Positions 1-9,735 of a DNA stretch of 22,045 nucleotides are shown here, piece by piece (position 1 is the stretch's first letter; the number at the start of each line of letters is the position of its first letter). A program made the position numbers and the translations under genes. The notes beneath the pieces are model-generated. The model had not been told where the DNA came from, ran no database searches, and saw only the letters and a list, made by a program, of their open reading frames with translations. The stretch lies in assembly GCA_003133025.1 (NCBI GenBank), contig PKZK01000183.1:5818-27862 (forward strand), in the 5' to 3' direction. Source of the DNA: Vulcanimicrobiota bacterium. GTDB taxonomy: Bacteria > Vulcanimicrobiota > Vulcanimicrobiia > Vulcanimicrobiales > Vulcanimicrobiaceae.

Positions 1-23
1 GGCCGTCTCGTGCGAGGCCATCG

Positions 24-1496
24 CTAATCCTTGTCGACGACGCCTTGCGTCCAGGGTAGCTGTCGTCCGTATCCGAGCGCGGCCTTTGCGCCTTCGTTCA
101 TCACCGAGTTCGGTACCGGCGGGATGGGCGCGTCGCGACTGTAGTCGAACATGTCGCTCAGATCGTCTGCCCCGGCATCGCGCGTGCCGAGCGAACCGAG
201 AGCGAAGTTTTTCTCGATGTAGCGGATGATCGAACCGAACTCGCGCGGCGTGTGCGAAACGTAGGGGAGATATGCCTTGCCGGGCACGTAATTCGACTGC
301 GCCCAGCCCGAGAGTACCACGAGCGGAACGCGCATTCCCCAGGTGTTGCCCTGCGCGTCTCTCGGCGGCAGCACGTGATCGTACCAGCCTCCGGAATCAT
401 CCCAGGTCAGCAACATGGCGGTGTTATTGTAATACCTGCACTTCGGATCGCTCTGCATCAGCGATTCCGAGAGGGCGATGTACATCGTGGCCACCCACGC
501 GGGACCGCCCGCACCGAGCGTGCCCGAGAGATCCGAGGCCGTCTCAGGCGGCGTCACGTACGAGACCGGGGGCAGGTTGCAGTGCGCGATGTCGACGTCG
601 ATCGTGGCCGGCGGAGAGACGACGTTGGTAGCCCAGTGCGGACCGTCGCGGATGGGCTGCACCGCATCGTACGCGGAGATCGAGCCGTCGTACGTCCCGA
701 TCGCGCCCGTGTAATATTTCCACGGAATGCCGGCGCGGTCGAGCAGCGTCGCGAGGGTGTCGTAATGGAAGCAGACGGGGCCGGGCACGGTGTTCTCGCC
801 GACGGTGAAGGCGGCTGCCGTCGTACCCGGCGCCGAATCACAGCCCCAAATATTCTCGTTGGCCGGCGGCTGACTCGGCAGCGGCGCGGGAAAGATCGGG
901 TCGTCGGCCGGACCCTGGCCGGCGATCAGAAACTGATGGCCCGGGAACGTGGGAGAGAGCCGCGAGGAGAACATCCGGTCGGCAAGCGCGTAACGATAGG
1001 CCAGCGCGTGGTAGAGCGTCGTCTCGAAGTCGGGCACGTAGCCGAGTGCGGGGCGAGGAGGCGCCGTGTATCCGGGTTGCGTCACCTCCGCCGGATCTGT
1101 GTCGAAACCGTTCATGGCGCCGCCGTTCCATTCGGCGTCCAGATATTTGTGCAGATGCATCGGCGTGTACGGCACTTCGAACGGAATGGGCACGAGCGCG
1201 GCGTGCGAGCCGTCGTGTAAGAGCGCCGACTGCGTCGTGTCGGCGCCCGGATAGCCCTTGCCGCCGTTCAACACCGACGACCCGAACAGATTGTCGAGCG
1301 TGCGATTTTCCTGAATGACGACGATGACGTGCGCGATCGGGCTACCCGCAACTTGCCGTCCCGCCAGGCCCTCGAGTTGAGCCGCAGATGCACCGCCCGG
1401 CGCGACGCCGGCGAAGAGCGCCGCAACGAGAGAGCCCCACAGTGACGAAGGAAGCCGCAAAGGATGCCCTCCAGCACGCAACATGTTCGTCGTCAC
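24..1496 (-). CDS. Secreted phosphoesterase / phospholipase C (AcpA/PlcH family)
   Basis: Motifs HVIVVIQENRTLDNLFG, SPTFPGH (Thr nucleophile region), TWDDSGGWYDHV and GMRVPLVVLS; N-terminal hydrophobic signal-like segment. The start may be ATG at 1484. Confidence 0.88.
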   Translation of the reverse strand: MTTNMLRAGGHPLRLPSSLWGSLVAALFAGVAPGGASAAQLEGLAGRQVAGSPIAHVIVVIQENRTLDNLFGSSVLNGGKGYPGADTTQSALLHDGSHAALVPIPFEVPYTPMHLHKYLDAEWNGGAMNGFDTDPAEVTQPGYTAPPRPALGYVPDFETTLYHALAYRYALADRMFSSRLSPTFPGHQFLIAGQGPADDPIFPAPLPSQPPANENIWGCDSAPGTTAAAFTVGENTVPGPVCFHYDTLATLLDRAGIPWKYYTGAIGTYDGSISAYDAVQPIRDGPHWATNVVSPPATIDVDIAHCNLPPVSYVTPPETASDLSGTLGAGGPAWVATMYIALSESLMQSDPKCRYYNNTAMLLTWDDSGGWYDHVLPPRDAQGNTWGMRVPLVVLSGWAQSNYVPGKAYLPYVSHTPREFGSIIRYIEKNFALGSLGTRDAGADDLSDMFDYSRDAPIPPVPNSVMNEGAKAALGYGRQLPWTQGVVDKD

Positions 1497-1551
1497 TACC
1501 GATGGAGCACTGCCGAGACCTGCGCGCCGGCCGGACGCGCCGGCCTCGCGC

Positions 1552-1977
1552 TTACGTCGGGCCGGCCAGTTTGCGGCGCGCCGCTTCGCCGATTTCCGCC
1601 GACGTGTAGGCGTGGCCGCCGATGCCCCAGCCGCCGTCGGGCGCTTCGGTGATCAGCACCCAGGTGCGCTCGATCAGGCTCGGATCGCCCGCCGCGGCAG
1701 CCACGATCTCGGTCATCTCCTTGACCACGCCGAGTTTCTTGTCTCGATCGAGCACGCCGGCCGGCGTCAGAATTTGGACGCGCACGGAGCGGTTGTCGCC
1801 GCCCGCGGTGGCCAGTGCGTCGGCGGCCAACTCGTGCACGAACGCGGCCGTGTTGTCGCTGAAAAGCGAGATGTTGGGAACCTTTTCCCAGCGCATCAAC
1901 GCGGCGGTCAACTCTTTGTTGAGCGCGCGTTTGTCCCCGAACGTTCCCTCGACCGCAAACACGTCGATCATCGGCAT
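1552..1977 (-). CDS. Tautomerase superfamily protein (4-oxalocrotonate tautomerase-like, two beta-alpha-beta units)
   Basis: Begins M-P-M-I-D-V, giving catalytic Pro1 after Met removal; C-terminal WVLITEAPDGGWGIGG motif; 141 aa. Confidence 0.85.
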   Translation of the reverse strand: MPMIDVFAVEGTFGDKRALNKELTAALMRWEKVPNISLFSDNTAAFVHELAADALATAGGDNRSVRVQILTPAGVLDRDKKLGVVKEMTEIVAAAAGDPSLIERTWVLITEAPDGGWGIGGHAYTSAEIGEAARRKLAGPT

Positions 1978-1997
1978 GAGATCTTCCCCCGAGCGAG

Positions 1998-2051
1998 TAT
2001 GATAGTCGTCATAGCGACGGGCTCAGTATGCACTATGACGACCATCATAGT
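1998..2051. promoter_or_regulatory. Two related palindromic operators in the divergent tautomerase/TetR promoter region
   Basis: TATGA-TAGTCG-TCATA at 1998-2013 and ACTATGA-CGACCA-TCATAGT at 2032-2051; the 16-bp cores match 15/16 as inverted copies. They overlap a minus-strand TTGACT(2054-2049)-N18-CATACT(2030-2025) and a plus-strand TATGAT (1998-2003). Confidence 0.8.
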
Positions 2052-2065
2052 CAAGAGGGGGACGC

Positions 2066-2632
2066 GTGACCAACGACAGCCGCGACAAGATGGTGCGCAG
2101 CGCGGCCTCGCTCATCGGCGCTCGAGGTGCCAGCGCAACCTCGTTTTCCGACGTGCTGGCCGACAGCGGCGCGCCGCGCGGCTCGATCTACCACCACTTC
2201 CCCGAAGGCAAAACCCAACTGACCGAAGACGCGGTCCGTTGGGTCACCGAACGCGTGCTGGCGCACCAGCGCACGTACGCCGGAACCACCGCGGCCGGGG
2301 CGCTGCAATGGTTCATTGCGATGTGGCGCCAGGTCGTCGTGTCGTCGAAGGCCACGTCCGGCTGCGTCATCGCAGGCGTGGCCGTCGACACGCCGGCCGG
2401 CGATGCCGACGTGATGCGCCTGGTGCGTTCCTCGTTTCGCGCGTGGACCTCACTCTTGGCAGAGCAGCTCGAAGCCACCGGGATCGCGCGTCAGCGTGCT
2501 AAGACGATCGCCCTGACGACGCTCGCCGGCATGGAAGGCGCGCTGATCCTCTGCCGCGCCGAAGGCAACGTCAAACCGCTCGACGCGGTGGCCGACGAAC
2601 TCATGCGCCTGGTCGAAGCAGCGCCGGCCTGA
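2066..2632 (+). CDS. TetR/AcrR family transcriptional regulator (LmrA/YxaF-like)
   Basis: N-terminal HTH with SGAPRGSIYHHFPEGK; GC-V-I motif and EGALILCR C-terminal helix; GAGGGGG RBS before the GTG. Confidence 0.92.
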   Translation: MTNDSRDKMVRSAASLIGARGASATSFSDVLADSGAPRGSIYHHFPEGKTQLTEDAVRWVTERVLAHQRTYAGTTAAGALQWFIAMWRQVVVSSKATSGCVIAGVAVDTPAGDADVMRLVRSSFRAWTSLLAEQLEATGIARQRAKTIALTTLAGMEGALILCRAEGNVKPLDAVADELMRLVEAAPA

Positions 2633-4007
2633 AGCGCGAGCCCGACGGATTGCCGTCGTACGTGCGCATGAACGCGCCCGGCGTAAATTCTTTGTAGGCC
2701 GGCTTGAAGGAGCCGTTGTAATTGCTGCCCAGAGCGCGGGCCACAGCGTTGAGCTGATACGGGCTCACGCCGGTCCACGTGCCGCTGTCGATGCGGGCGA
2801 TCAAGGCCTCGAACCCGGCGATCTCCTCGGCCGATGTAAACGCGCAATGCCCGGCCCGATTGACGAATAGCTGCCGCAAATACGCGCCGTTGCCCGCGCC
2901 GTTCACGGCTGAGGCATAAGCAGTCTCGTTCTCGTTCACGACCGTTCCGTCGCCGATCGTGTGCAAGGCGAACACCGGCACGGCAAGCTTGCCGTCGAAG
3001 ATGATGTTTTGCGTGAGATACTGCAATGCGGCGGGAACGGCCGCGATATCGGCATTGCTGTCGAGCGTTGCGAGATCGGCGGAGAGGTCGATCCCTGCGG
3101 CCTCGTAGAGATGTTTCACTTCGTCGAAGTCCGACGATTGACGCAGTTCGGCCGCGTAGTCGACGCCGCTGTTCCACGTCGGATTCCCGCCGGCGCGCCC
3201 TTCCAATTCTGCCTCGAGATAGAAGCCGAACAAGAACGAAGCGTTGCCCAGCCATTCGTACTGGTTTTGCTCTTGCGCCGCCCAGTCGGTCCTGCCCGGC
3301 GGGGCGTCACCGGTGGTATACCAACCCGGGGTGTTGCCCAGCGCGGCCGCGAGCGCGATACGCGCCTGGCCCGCCGCGCTGCCTTGAGCGTAGGCGAGGG
3401 AACCCTCGGCATTGTCGAGATTCGTCGTCGGATCGGTGATGCCGACGACTTGCAACGAACCGCCCGCGATCAGCTCGTTGAACGCATAGGCGCTATCCAA
3501 CTGCGTGTTCCAGAATCCCACGCCGCCGGAGACGACGCCGCACATCGGCATGGCTCCGGCGAAGACCCCGGGATTCTGCTGCACGAGGGCTGCGGTAATC
3601 AAGCCGCCCATCGAGTGGCCCCAAGCGACGATACGCGTCGGCTGTTTGCCGGTCACGCCCGGGAAGATCGAAAGCACCTCCATCTGATCCGGCAGCGCTT
3701 GTTGCACCGCCCAACCGGTGGTCGCGTACGACGAACCGGCGAGCGCATAGCCTTGCTCCAGCAAATAGGCGCCGGTCGTCCCGTCGCCCACGTCGTAGGC
3801 CGGGTTCGCCGACCCGGGGAGAACGTAGCCGTGACTGTACAATACGACCGTTCCGTTGAACGACTGCGGCACCTGAATCAGATACGTCGCGCCGTCCGCG
3901 AACGTGCCCTGATAGGTCGCCACGGAAAACGTCGAGTGCGGCGGCCTACCAGCCGTCGAATGCGGCGCCGCAGCGAGCGCGGCAATGAATGCGAGCGTTG
4001 AAAACAC
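2601..4007 (-). CDS. Secreted alpha/beta hydrolase (esterase/lipase/peptidase-like)
   Basis: Signal peptide, LYSHG oxyanion motif, nucleophile elbow GHSMGG, LHTIGD and GHC(AF) for Asp/His; GGAGGT RBS; the 3' end overlaps the TetR 3' end by 32 bp. Confidence 0.82.
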   Translation of the reverse strand: MFSTLAFIAALAAAPHSTAGRPPHSTFSVATYQGTFADGATYLIQVPQSFNGTVVLYSHGYVLPGSANPAYDVGDGTTGAYLLEQGYALAGSSYATTGWAVQQALPDQMEVLSIFPGVTGKQPTRIVAWGHSMGGLITAALVQQNPGVFAGAMPMCGVVSGGVGFWNTQLDSAYAFNELIAGGSLQVVGITDPTTNLDNAEGSLAYAQGSAAGQARIALAAALGNTPGWYTTGDAPPGRTDWAAQEQNQYEWLGNASFLFGFYLEAELEGRAGGNPTWNSGVDYAAELRQSSDFDEVKHLYEAAGIDLSADLATLDSNADIAAVPAALQYLTQNIIFDGKLAVPVFALHTIGDGTVVNENETAYASAVNGAGNGAYLRQLFVNRAGHCAFTSAEEIAGFEALIARIDSGTWTGVSPYQLNAVARALGSNYNGSFKPAYKEFTPGAFMRTYDGNPSGSRFRPALLRPGA

Positions 4008-4097
4008 CGGACCTCCGCAAAGGAAGATGCCGCTGCTTGCGATGCTCGCCCACGCTTACCTTCTGCGGCGTGGTCAGAGCGTGCGCACGCCGAGCGA

Positions 4098-5720
4098 TCA
4101 TGGCGCGAAGAGTCGTTGGATCCGCTCCGTGCCCTCGACGCTGGGCTCGTACGCCGGGGCATGGCGCGCGTGCGTGGCCTGTTCGAAGGCGTATCCGAGC
4201 GCGAGCAGCCGATCCTCGGTCCAGGCGCGTCCGATGAAGTCGATGCCGACCGGCATGCCTTGCACGTAACCCATCGGTACCGTCAAATTCGGATAGCCCG
4301 CAACCGCCGCGAGCGACGTTGCGGAACCGCCCGAGAAATGATCGCCGGTCACGACGTCGATGCGCGAGGCCGGGCCGTCGCCGGGCGCGATCAAGGCATC
4401 GAGTTTGTTGTCGACGATCAATGTATCGATGCCCTCGGCCGCAGCCAGGCGCTTTGCGAGCGCGCGTGCACGGCGATACGCCGGGTCGTTGAGGCCCTTC
4501 GTGGCTTGGGCCAATTCGAAGATGTCCTGATCGAACAGTCCGAGTTCGCGCGGGCTCGCCTTATCGAACGCGATGACGTCGGCGAGCGTGCGGGTCTTGA
4601 TCGGCGCGGGCGAGCCGGCCAGATACGTGTTCAGGTCGGCCTTCAGTTCGGTCAACAACACCTTGAACTCGAGGTCGCCCAAACGCGGATCGGGCTTGAA
4701 CTTCTTGAGTTCCACGAGCGTGGCGCCTTGGGCCCGCAGCGTGGCCAGCGCGCGCTCGAAGAGCGCGTCGACGCTCTGGGACGAGCCGGTCGCGTAGCGC
4801 AAGACGCCGAGTCGCTTGCCGCGCAGCGATGCGCCGCCGAGCGCTCCGGCATAATCGCGTTTGTGCGCGTCGGAGGCGAGCGTCGCGAGATCCGCGGGAT
4901 CGCTGCCGGCCATCGCGGAGAGCAAAGCGGCGACGTCGGCAACCGAGCGCCCCATCGGCCCCGGCGTATCCTGCGTGTGTGAGATCGGCACGACGAACGT
5001 ACGCGAAACGAGGCCCACGGTCGGCTTGAGACCGGCGAGCCCGTTGACCGACGACGGACAGACGACCGAACCATCGGTCTCCGTGCCGACGCCGGCTGCG
5101 GCCAGACTCGCCGCAATCGCGGCGCCCGTGCCCGACGACGAGCCGCACGCGGAGCGATCGAGCGAATACGGATTCTTCACCAATCCACCAACGGCCGACC
5201 AGCCACTGATCGAATGCGACGAGCGAATGTTGGCCCATTCCGAGAGGTTGGTCTTACCCAGCACGATCGCGCCCGCGGCGCGCAAACGCTTCACGACCGG
5301 CGCGTCGCGGCCCGTCGTGTTGGCGGCGAGCGCCAAGGACCCGGCCGTCGTGGCCGCTCCGTCGGCCTCGATGTTGTCCTTGATCAGCACCGGAATGCCC
5401 GCGAGCGCGCCCTGCGGCTTGCCCGCTTTCCGGTCGGCGTCGGAGCGGCGCGCGTCGTCGAGCGCGCGCGGATTCAGCGCGATCACGCTGTGCAGCGCGG
5501 GCCCCGCCGCGTCGACCGCTTGGATGCGCGCCTGATACAGCCGCACCAGCTCCTCCGAGGTCACGCGACCCGCGGCGAGGTCGGCGCGCAGCGTCGCAAT
5601 CGACTTCTCTTCGATAGAGTACGACGCAGGGTTCGCGGCGGGTTGAGCCGCGGCCGGCGCCGAGCCGGCGAAAGCAGAGAACAGCGAAAACGCAAGGAGC
5701 CTGGCCACGGACGACTTCAC
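4098..5720 (-). CDS. Amidase signature family enzyme with signal peptide (peptide amidase Pam-like)
   Basis: GIPVLIKDNI (Lys), GKTNLSEWAN, CGSSSGTG (cis-Ser), GTETDGSVVCPS (Ser). GTG at 5720 fits the GAAAGG RBS better than TTG at 5726. Confidence 0.93.
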   Translation of the reverse strand: MKSSVARLLAFSLFSAFAGSAPAAAQPAANPASYSIEEKSIATLRADLAAGRVTSEELVRLYQARIQAVDAAGPALHSVIALNPRALDDARRSDADRKAGKPQGALAGIPVLIKDNIEADGAATTAGSLALAANTTGRDAPVVKRLRAAGAIVLGKTNLSEWANIRSSHSISGWSAVGGLVKNPYSLDRSACGSSSGTGAAIAASLAAAGVGTETDGSVVCPSSVNGLAGLKPTVGLVSRTFVVPISHTQDTPGPMGRSVADVAALLSAMAGSDPADLATLASDAHKRDYAGALGGASLRGKRLGVLRYATGSSQSVDALFERALATLRAQGATLVELKKFKPDPRLGDLEFKVLLTELKADLNTYLAGSPAPIKTRTLADVIAFDKASPRELGLFDQDIFELAQATKGLNDPAYRRARALAKRLAAAEGIDTLIVDNKLDALIAPGDGPASRIDVVTGDHFSGGSATSLAAVAGYPNLTVPMGYVQGMPVGIDFIGRAWTEDRLLALGYAFEQATHARHAPAYEPSVEGTERIQRLFAP

Positions 5721-5882
5721 GGGCAACCTTTCGGCAACGGGCTTGGTGCGATGAAGATCCTCCCGCTACTCGCGCTTCGCATCTATATGCGCGAAAAGCA
5801 AACTCGCATACGCGAACCGCGGGAAAGGGCACCGTCTACTCGACGACGACAGTAACGAAACGGTTTCCGTAGGAAAGGACAC

Positions 5883-6764
5883 GTGAACGAACTCGCTCAG
5901 CAGATCGTCAGCGGTTTAGCGACGGGCTCGATTTACGCGAGCATGGCGCTAGCGCTCGTGCTCATTTACCGCTCGATGGGCGTGATCAACTTCGCCCAAG
6001 GCGAGATGGCCATGTTCTCGACGTACCTGGCCTGGCAGTTCGCACAACAGGGCATGCCGCTCTGGATCGCCTTTCCGCTCACCATCGCGATCGCGTTCGC
6101 AGGTGCGGTCGCGCTCGAGCGCGTCGTCGTGCGGCCCGTCGAACGCGCCGCGCCGCTCACCGTCGTGATCTTGTGCCTGGGCCTGTTGATCACGTTCAAC
6201 GGCCTCGCCGGCTGGATTTGGGGCTACACGGTCAGGACGTTTCCCTCGCCGTTTCCCACGACGCCGCTGCACATCGGCTCGGCCGCATTCAGCAGTCAGG
6301 ATCTCGGCATCATCGCCGTCTCGCTGCTCTCGCTCGGCGCGATCTCGCTCTTCTTCGGAAAGACCAAACTCGGGCTCGCGATGCGGGCGGCCGCGCTCTA
6401 CCCCGAGTCGAGCCGCGTCCTCGGCGTACGCGTCGGCTGGATGCTGGCCCTGGGTTGGGGCATGGCGGCCGCCGTCGGCGCGCTCTCCGGCTTGATGGTT
6501 GCGCCCGTCGTGTTGCTCGAACCCAACATGATGCAGGGCATCTTGGTCTACGCGTTCGCGGCGGCCGTGCTCGGCGGCATCGACAGCCCGGTGGGCGCAG
6601 TCGTCGGCGGCCTCGCGCTCGGCGTCGGGCTCAACCTGATCGGCGCGTACGTGCCCGTGATCGGCACCGATCTCCAACTGACCACCGCCTTCGGCATCAT
6701 CATCGTCATCTTGCTCTTCCGCCCGGCAGGCCTCTTCGGCCGGCGCACGATGCGTCGCGTCTAG
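5883..6764 (+). CDS. livH: Branched-chain amino acid (HAAT) ABC transporter permease
   Basis: SGLATGSIYA, GVINFAQGEM, KTKLGLAMRA, AAVLGGIDS and RPAGLFG motifs; AGGAAAGGA RBS. Confidence 0.93.
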   Translation: MNELAQQIVSGLATGSIYASMALALVLIYRSMGVINFAQGEMAMFSTYLAWQFAQQGMPLWIAFPLTIAIAFAGAVALERVVVRPVERAAPLTVVILCLGLLITFNGLAGWIWGYTVRTFPSPFPTTPLHIGSAAFSSQDLGIIAVSLLSLGAISLFFGKTKLGLAMRAAALYPESSRVLGVRVGWMLALGWGMAAAVGALSGLMVAPVVLLEPNMMQGILVYAFAAAVLGGIDSPVGAVVGGLALGVGLNLIGAYVPVIGTDLQLTTAFGIIIVILLFRPAGLFGRRTMRRV

Positions 6765-6768
6765 CATC

Positions 6769-7749
6769 ATGAGCGGCATGCGGGTGAACAAGTATTGGAG
6801 CGTCGCGGTATTGGCGTTGCTCGTTCTCGTGCTGCCGCGCTTCGTGCCCTCGTATGCGGCCTTCGAACTGACCTTCGTGGGAGCATATGCGATCGGCATC
6901 CTCGGGCTCGTCATCCTGACGGGTACCAACGGACAAATCTCGCTCGGACACGGCGCGTTCTTCGGCATCGGCGGTTACGCCGTCGCCATCTTGGCCCAGA
7001 AGCTCGGCGTCCCGTTCTGGGCCTCCGTGCCGCTCGCCGCAATCGTGAGCGGGATACTCGGCTTGGGTCTGGGCCTGGTCGCGTTACGCTTGGAGGGCGT
7101 GTACCTCGCGCTGGCCACGTTCGCACTCGCGGTTGCGACGCCGTCGACGCTCAAGCACTTCAAGAGTTTGACCGGCGGCTCGCAAGGTCTCGCGGTGCCG
7201 TCGCTGAGTCCGCCCGGGCCGTTGCACGGCGTCATAACCTCGGAGCAGTGGCTCTATTACGTCACCTGGGTCATCGCCGGCGCACTCTTCTTGCTCACCT
7301 CGATCGCACTCGGCGGCCGGCTCGGCCGCGCGCTGCGCGCCATTCGCGACAACGAGGTGGCCGCGATCTCATTCGGCGTCAACCCGCAACGCTACAAGAC
7401 GTTCGCCTTCGGCTGGAGCGCCGCGTACGCCGGAATCGCGGGCGCCATCGTCGCGATCGCCACGGGCTTCGTCAGCCCGGACACCTACACCGTCGCGCTC
7501 TCGCTGGCGCTGGTCACGGGCGCCGTGCTCGGCGGCATCGACACGCTTTGGGGCGCGCTGCTGGGCGGCGTCATCGTAGAGTTTCTGCCGCTGCTCGTGC
7601 AGAAAATAAATCCTGCGGCGCCCTCCGTCGTTTACGGAATCGCGTTGGTTTTGTTCATGATCTTTCTTCCCGGGGGCATCGCCCGCAGCATACAAGCCGT
7701 CATTCATCCACTCCGTCTTCGAAGGGAAATACACCATGCACGTTCGTAA
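6769..7749 (+). CDS. livM: HAAT ABC transporter permease
   Basis: GQISLGHGAFFGIGGY, RLEGVYLALAT, GRALRAIRDNEVAA and LPGGI motifs. Confidence 0.93.
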   Translation: MSGMRVNKYWSVAVLALLVLVLPRFVPSYAAFELTFVGAYAIGILGLVILTGTNGQISLGHGAFFGIGGYAVAILAQKLGVPFWASVPLAAIVSGILGLGLGLVALRLEGVYLALATFALAVATPSTLKHFKSLTGGSQGLAVPSLSPPGPLHGVITSEQWLYYVTWVIAGALFLLTSIALGGRLGRALRAIRDNEVAAISFGVNPQRYKTFAFGWSAAYAGIAGAIVAIATGFVSPDTYTVALSLALVTGAVLGGIDTLWGALLGGVIVEFLPLLVQKINPAAPSVVYGIALVLFMIFLPGGIARSIQAVIHPLRLRREIHHARS

Positions 7750-8977
7750 CCGGCCGCTCGCCGCGACGCTGGCTGCCTGCTTCGCATTGTCGCTCGGCGT
7801 GGGCGCATTCGCGCCCGCCGCCGCCGACGAACCCGGCATCACGCCGACCGAGATCTTGCTCGGCGGACTGCATCCGTACAGCGGTCCCGCGTCGGCGTAC
7901 GGTGCGATCGGCAAAGGCATCTTGGCCTACTTCGCCTACGTCAACGACAAGGGCGGCGTCAACGGGCGCAAGATCACCTATAAGGACCTCGACGACGCCT
8001 ACAGCCCGCCGCAGGCCGTGCAGCTGACCAAACAGCTCGTCGAACAAGATAAAGTCTTCGCGATGTTCGACACGCTGGGCACGCCCTCGAATTTGGCGAT
8101 TCGCCAATACCTCAACGACAACGGCGTGCCCCAACTCTACGTTGCCACCGGCGCGAGCACGTGGGGCAGCGACGGCGCGAAGTACCCCTGGACGATCGGC
8201 TGGCAGCCCGACTATCAGTCGGAGGCGATCGTCTACGCGCGCTATCTTCTGAAGGAAGCGCCCAACGCGAAGATCGGCGTGCTCATGCAGAACGACGACT
8301 ACGGCGAGGACTATCTCACCGGGCTCAAGACGGGCCTGGGCTCGAAGTCGGGCAACATCGTCAAGGTCGCAACGTACGAAGTGACCGATGCATCGGTCGC
8401 TTCGCAGGTGGCGAGCCTCAAGGCGGCCGGAGCCGATACGTTCTTCGTCTTCGCGACGCCCAAGTTCAGCATCCAAGCCCTCGTGGCCGCCGCGCAGCAG
8501 TCGTGGCATCCGCGCACCTTCTTCAACAGCGTCTCGGCATCGGCTACGATCCTCGGCGCCGCGACCAAGGCCGGCGGTGAGGACGCGACCAAAGGCCTGA
8601 TCACCACGCAATATCTCAAGGACCCGAGCGAGCCGAGCTGGGCCGACGATGCCGGCATGAAACAATATCGCGAGATCCTGGCCAAATACGCGCCCGGCGC
8701 CGATCCGAACAACGGCTTCTTCGCCTACGGCGTGAGCATCGCGTTCACCATGGTCGATACCCTGAAACGCGCGGGCAAGAATCCGACGCGTAAGGCCGTG
8801 ATGGACATCGCGAACCATCTGCACGAGACCGACAATTTTCTCGTGCTGCCGGGAATCGTCGTCGAGACCACGCCGAAGGATCGCTTCCCGATCGACCAGC
8901 AGCGCCTAGCTCGCTACGACGGCACGCACTTCGTTCCGTTCGGCGAAATCTACGCCGGCCGCGGTCGCGGCCGCTAA
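7736..8977 (+). CDS. HAAT ABC transporter substrate-binding protein (LivJ/K-like, PBP type 1)
   Basis: Signal peptide ending AAA-D; PYSGPAS, NDKGGVNGRKI, DDAYSP and QNDDYG motifs; position within the liv operon. Confidence 0.92.
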   Translation: MHVRNRPLAATLAACFALSLGVGAFAPAAADEPGITPTEILLGGLHPYSGPASAYGAIGKGILAYFAYVNDKGGVNGRKITYKDLDDAYSPPQAVQLTKQLVEQDKVFAMFDTLGTPSNLAIRQYLNDNGVPQLYVATGASTWGSDGAKYPWTIGWQPDYQSEAIVYARYLLKEAPNAKIGVLMQNDDYGEDYLTGLKTGLGSKSGNIVKVATYEVTDASVASQVASLKAAGADTFFVFATPKFSIQALVAAAQQSWHPRTFFNSVSASATILGAATKAGGEDATKGLITTQYLKDPSEPSWADDAGMKQYREILAKYAPGADPNNGFFAYGVSIAFTMVDTLKRAGKNPTRKAVMDIANHLHETDNFLVLPGIVVETTPKDRFPIDQQRLARYDGTHFVPFGEIYAGRGRGR

Positions 8978-8994
8978 GGAGCACGCGAACTCTC

Positions 8995-9735
8995 TTGCCG
9001 GCGCTGCTCGAAATCCGTGACCTCTCCATTCGCTTCGGCGGCATAGCGGCGCTCAGCGACGTGTCTTTCGACATCGAAGAGGGACACGTCGCCGGACTGA
9101 TCGGACCGAACGGCGCCGGCAAGACCACGTGCTTCAACTGCATCACCCGACTGTACCAGCCAACGTCCGGGCGGCTGGCCTTCGCGGGCGACGATCTGCT
9201 CCGGCACGCTCCGCACGAGTTGGCCGGCAAACGCATCGCGCGCACGTTTCAAAACGTCGCGCTCTTCGACCGCCTGAGCACACTCGACAACGTGATGGTG
9301 GGCTATCACGTGCGCTACGCCCGGGGTGCGGCCCGGCTGCGCAGCGACGACGGCGGGCGCCGTGCGGCGCTCGAAGCCCTCGACTACCTGGGCCTAGGCG
9401 AACACGCGAATCGCCCGGTGCGCTCGCTGCCCTTCGGCACGCGCAAGATGGTCGAACTCGCGCGAGCGCTCGTGGCGCGTCCGCGCCTGCTCTTGCTCGA
9501 CGAACCGGCATCGGGCCTGACGACGGCCGAAGTCGCCGCGCTCGCCGATGTCGTCAAACGCATCGCGGCGGATTATTCCGCCACCATCGTGATGGTGGAA
9601 CACCACATGCAGTTGGTCATGAACGTCTGCGATCACGTGATCGTGCTGGCCTCGGGTCGGAAGATTGCCGATGGCCCGCCCGAAGCCGTGCAACGCGACA
9701 AGGGCGTCATAGAAGCCTATCTCGGGACGGCCTGA
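8995..9735 (+). CDS. livG: HAAT ABC transporter ATP-binding protein
   Basis: Walker A GPNGAGKTT, IARTFQN, LPFG signature, LLLLDEP, VEHHM and VIEAYLG. Confidence 0.93.
   Translation: MPALLEIRDLSIRFGGIAALSDVSFDIEEGHVAGLIGPNGAGKTTCFNCITRLYQPTSGRLAFAGDDLLRHAPHELAGKRIARTFQNVALFDRLSTLDNVMVGYHVRYARGAARLRSDDGGRRAALEALDYLGLGEHANRPVRSLPFGTRKMVELARALVARPRLLLLDEPASGLTTAEVAALADVVKRIAADYSATIVMVEHHMQLVMNVCDHVIVLASGRKIADGPPEAVQRDKGVIEAYLGTA

Noticed and set aside
4066..4092. GC hairpin after the amidase (and a similar one at 13393-13408) as terminators
   Set aside because: There is no U-tract, and short GC stems are common at this composition.
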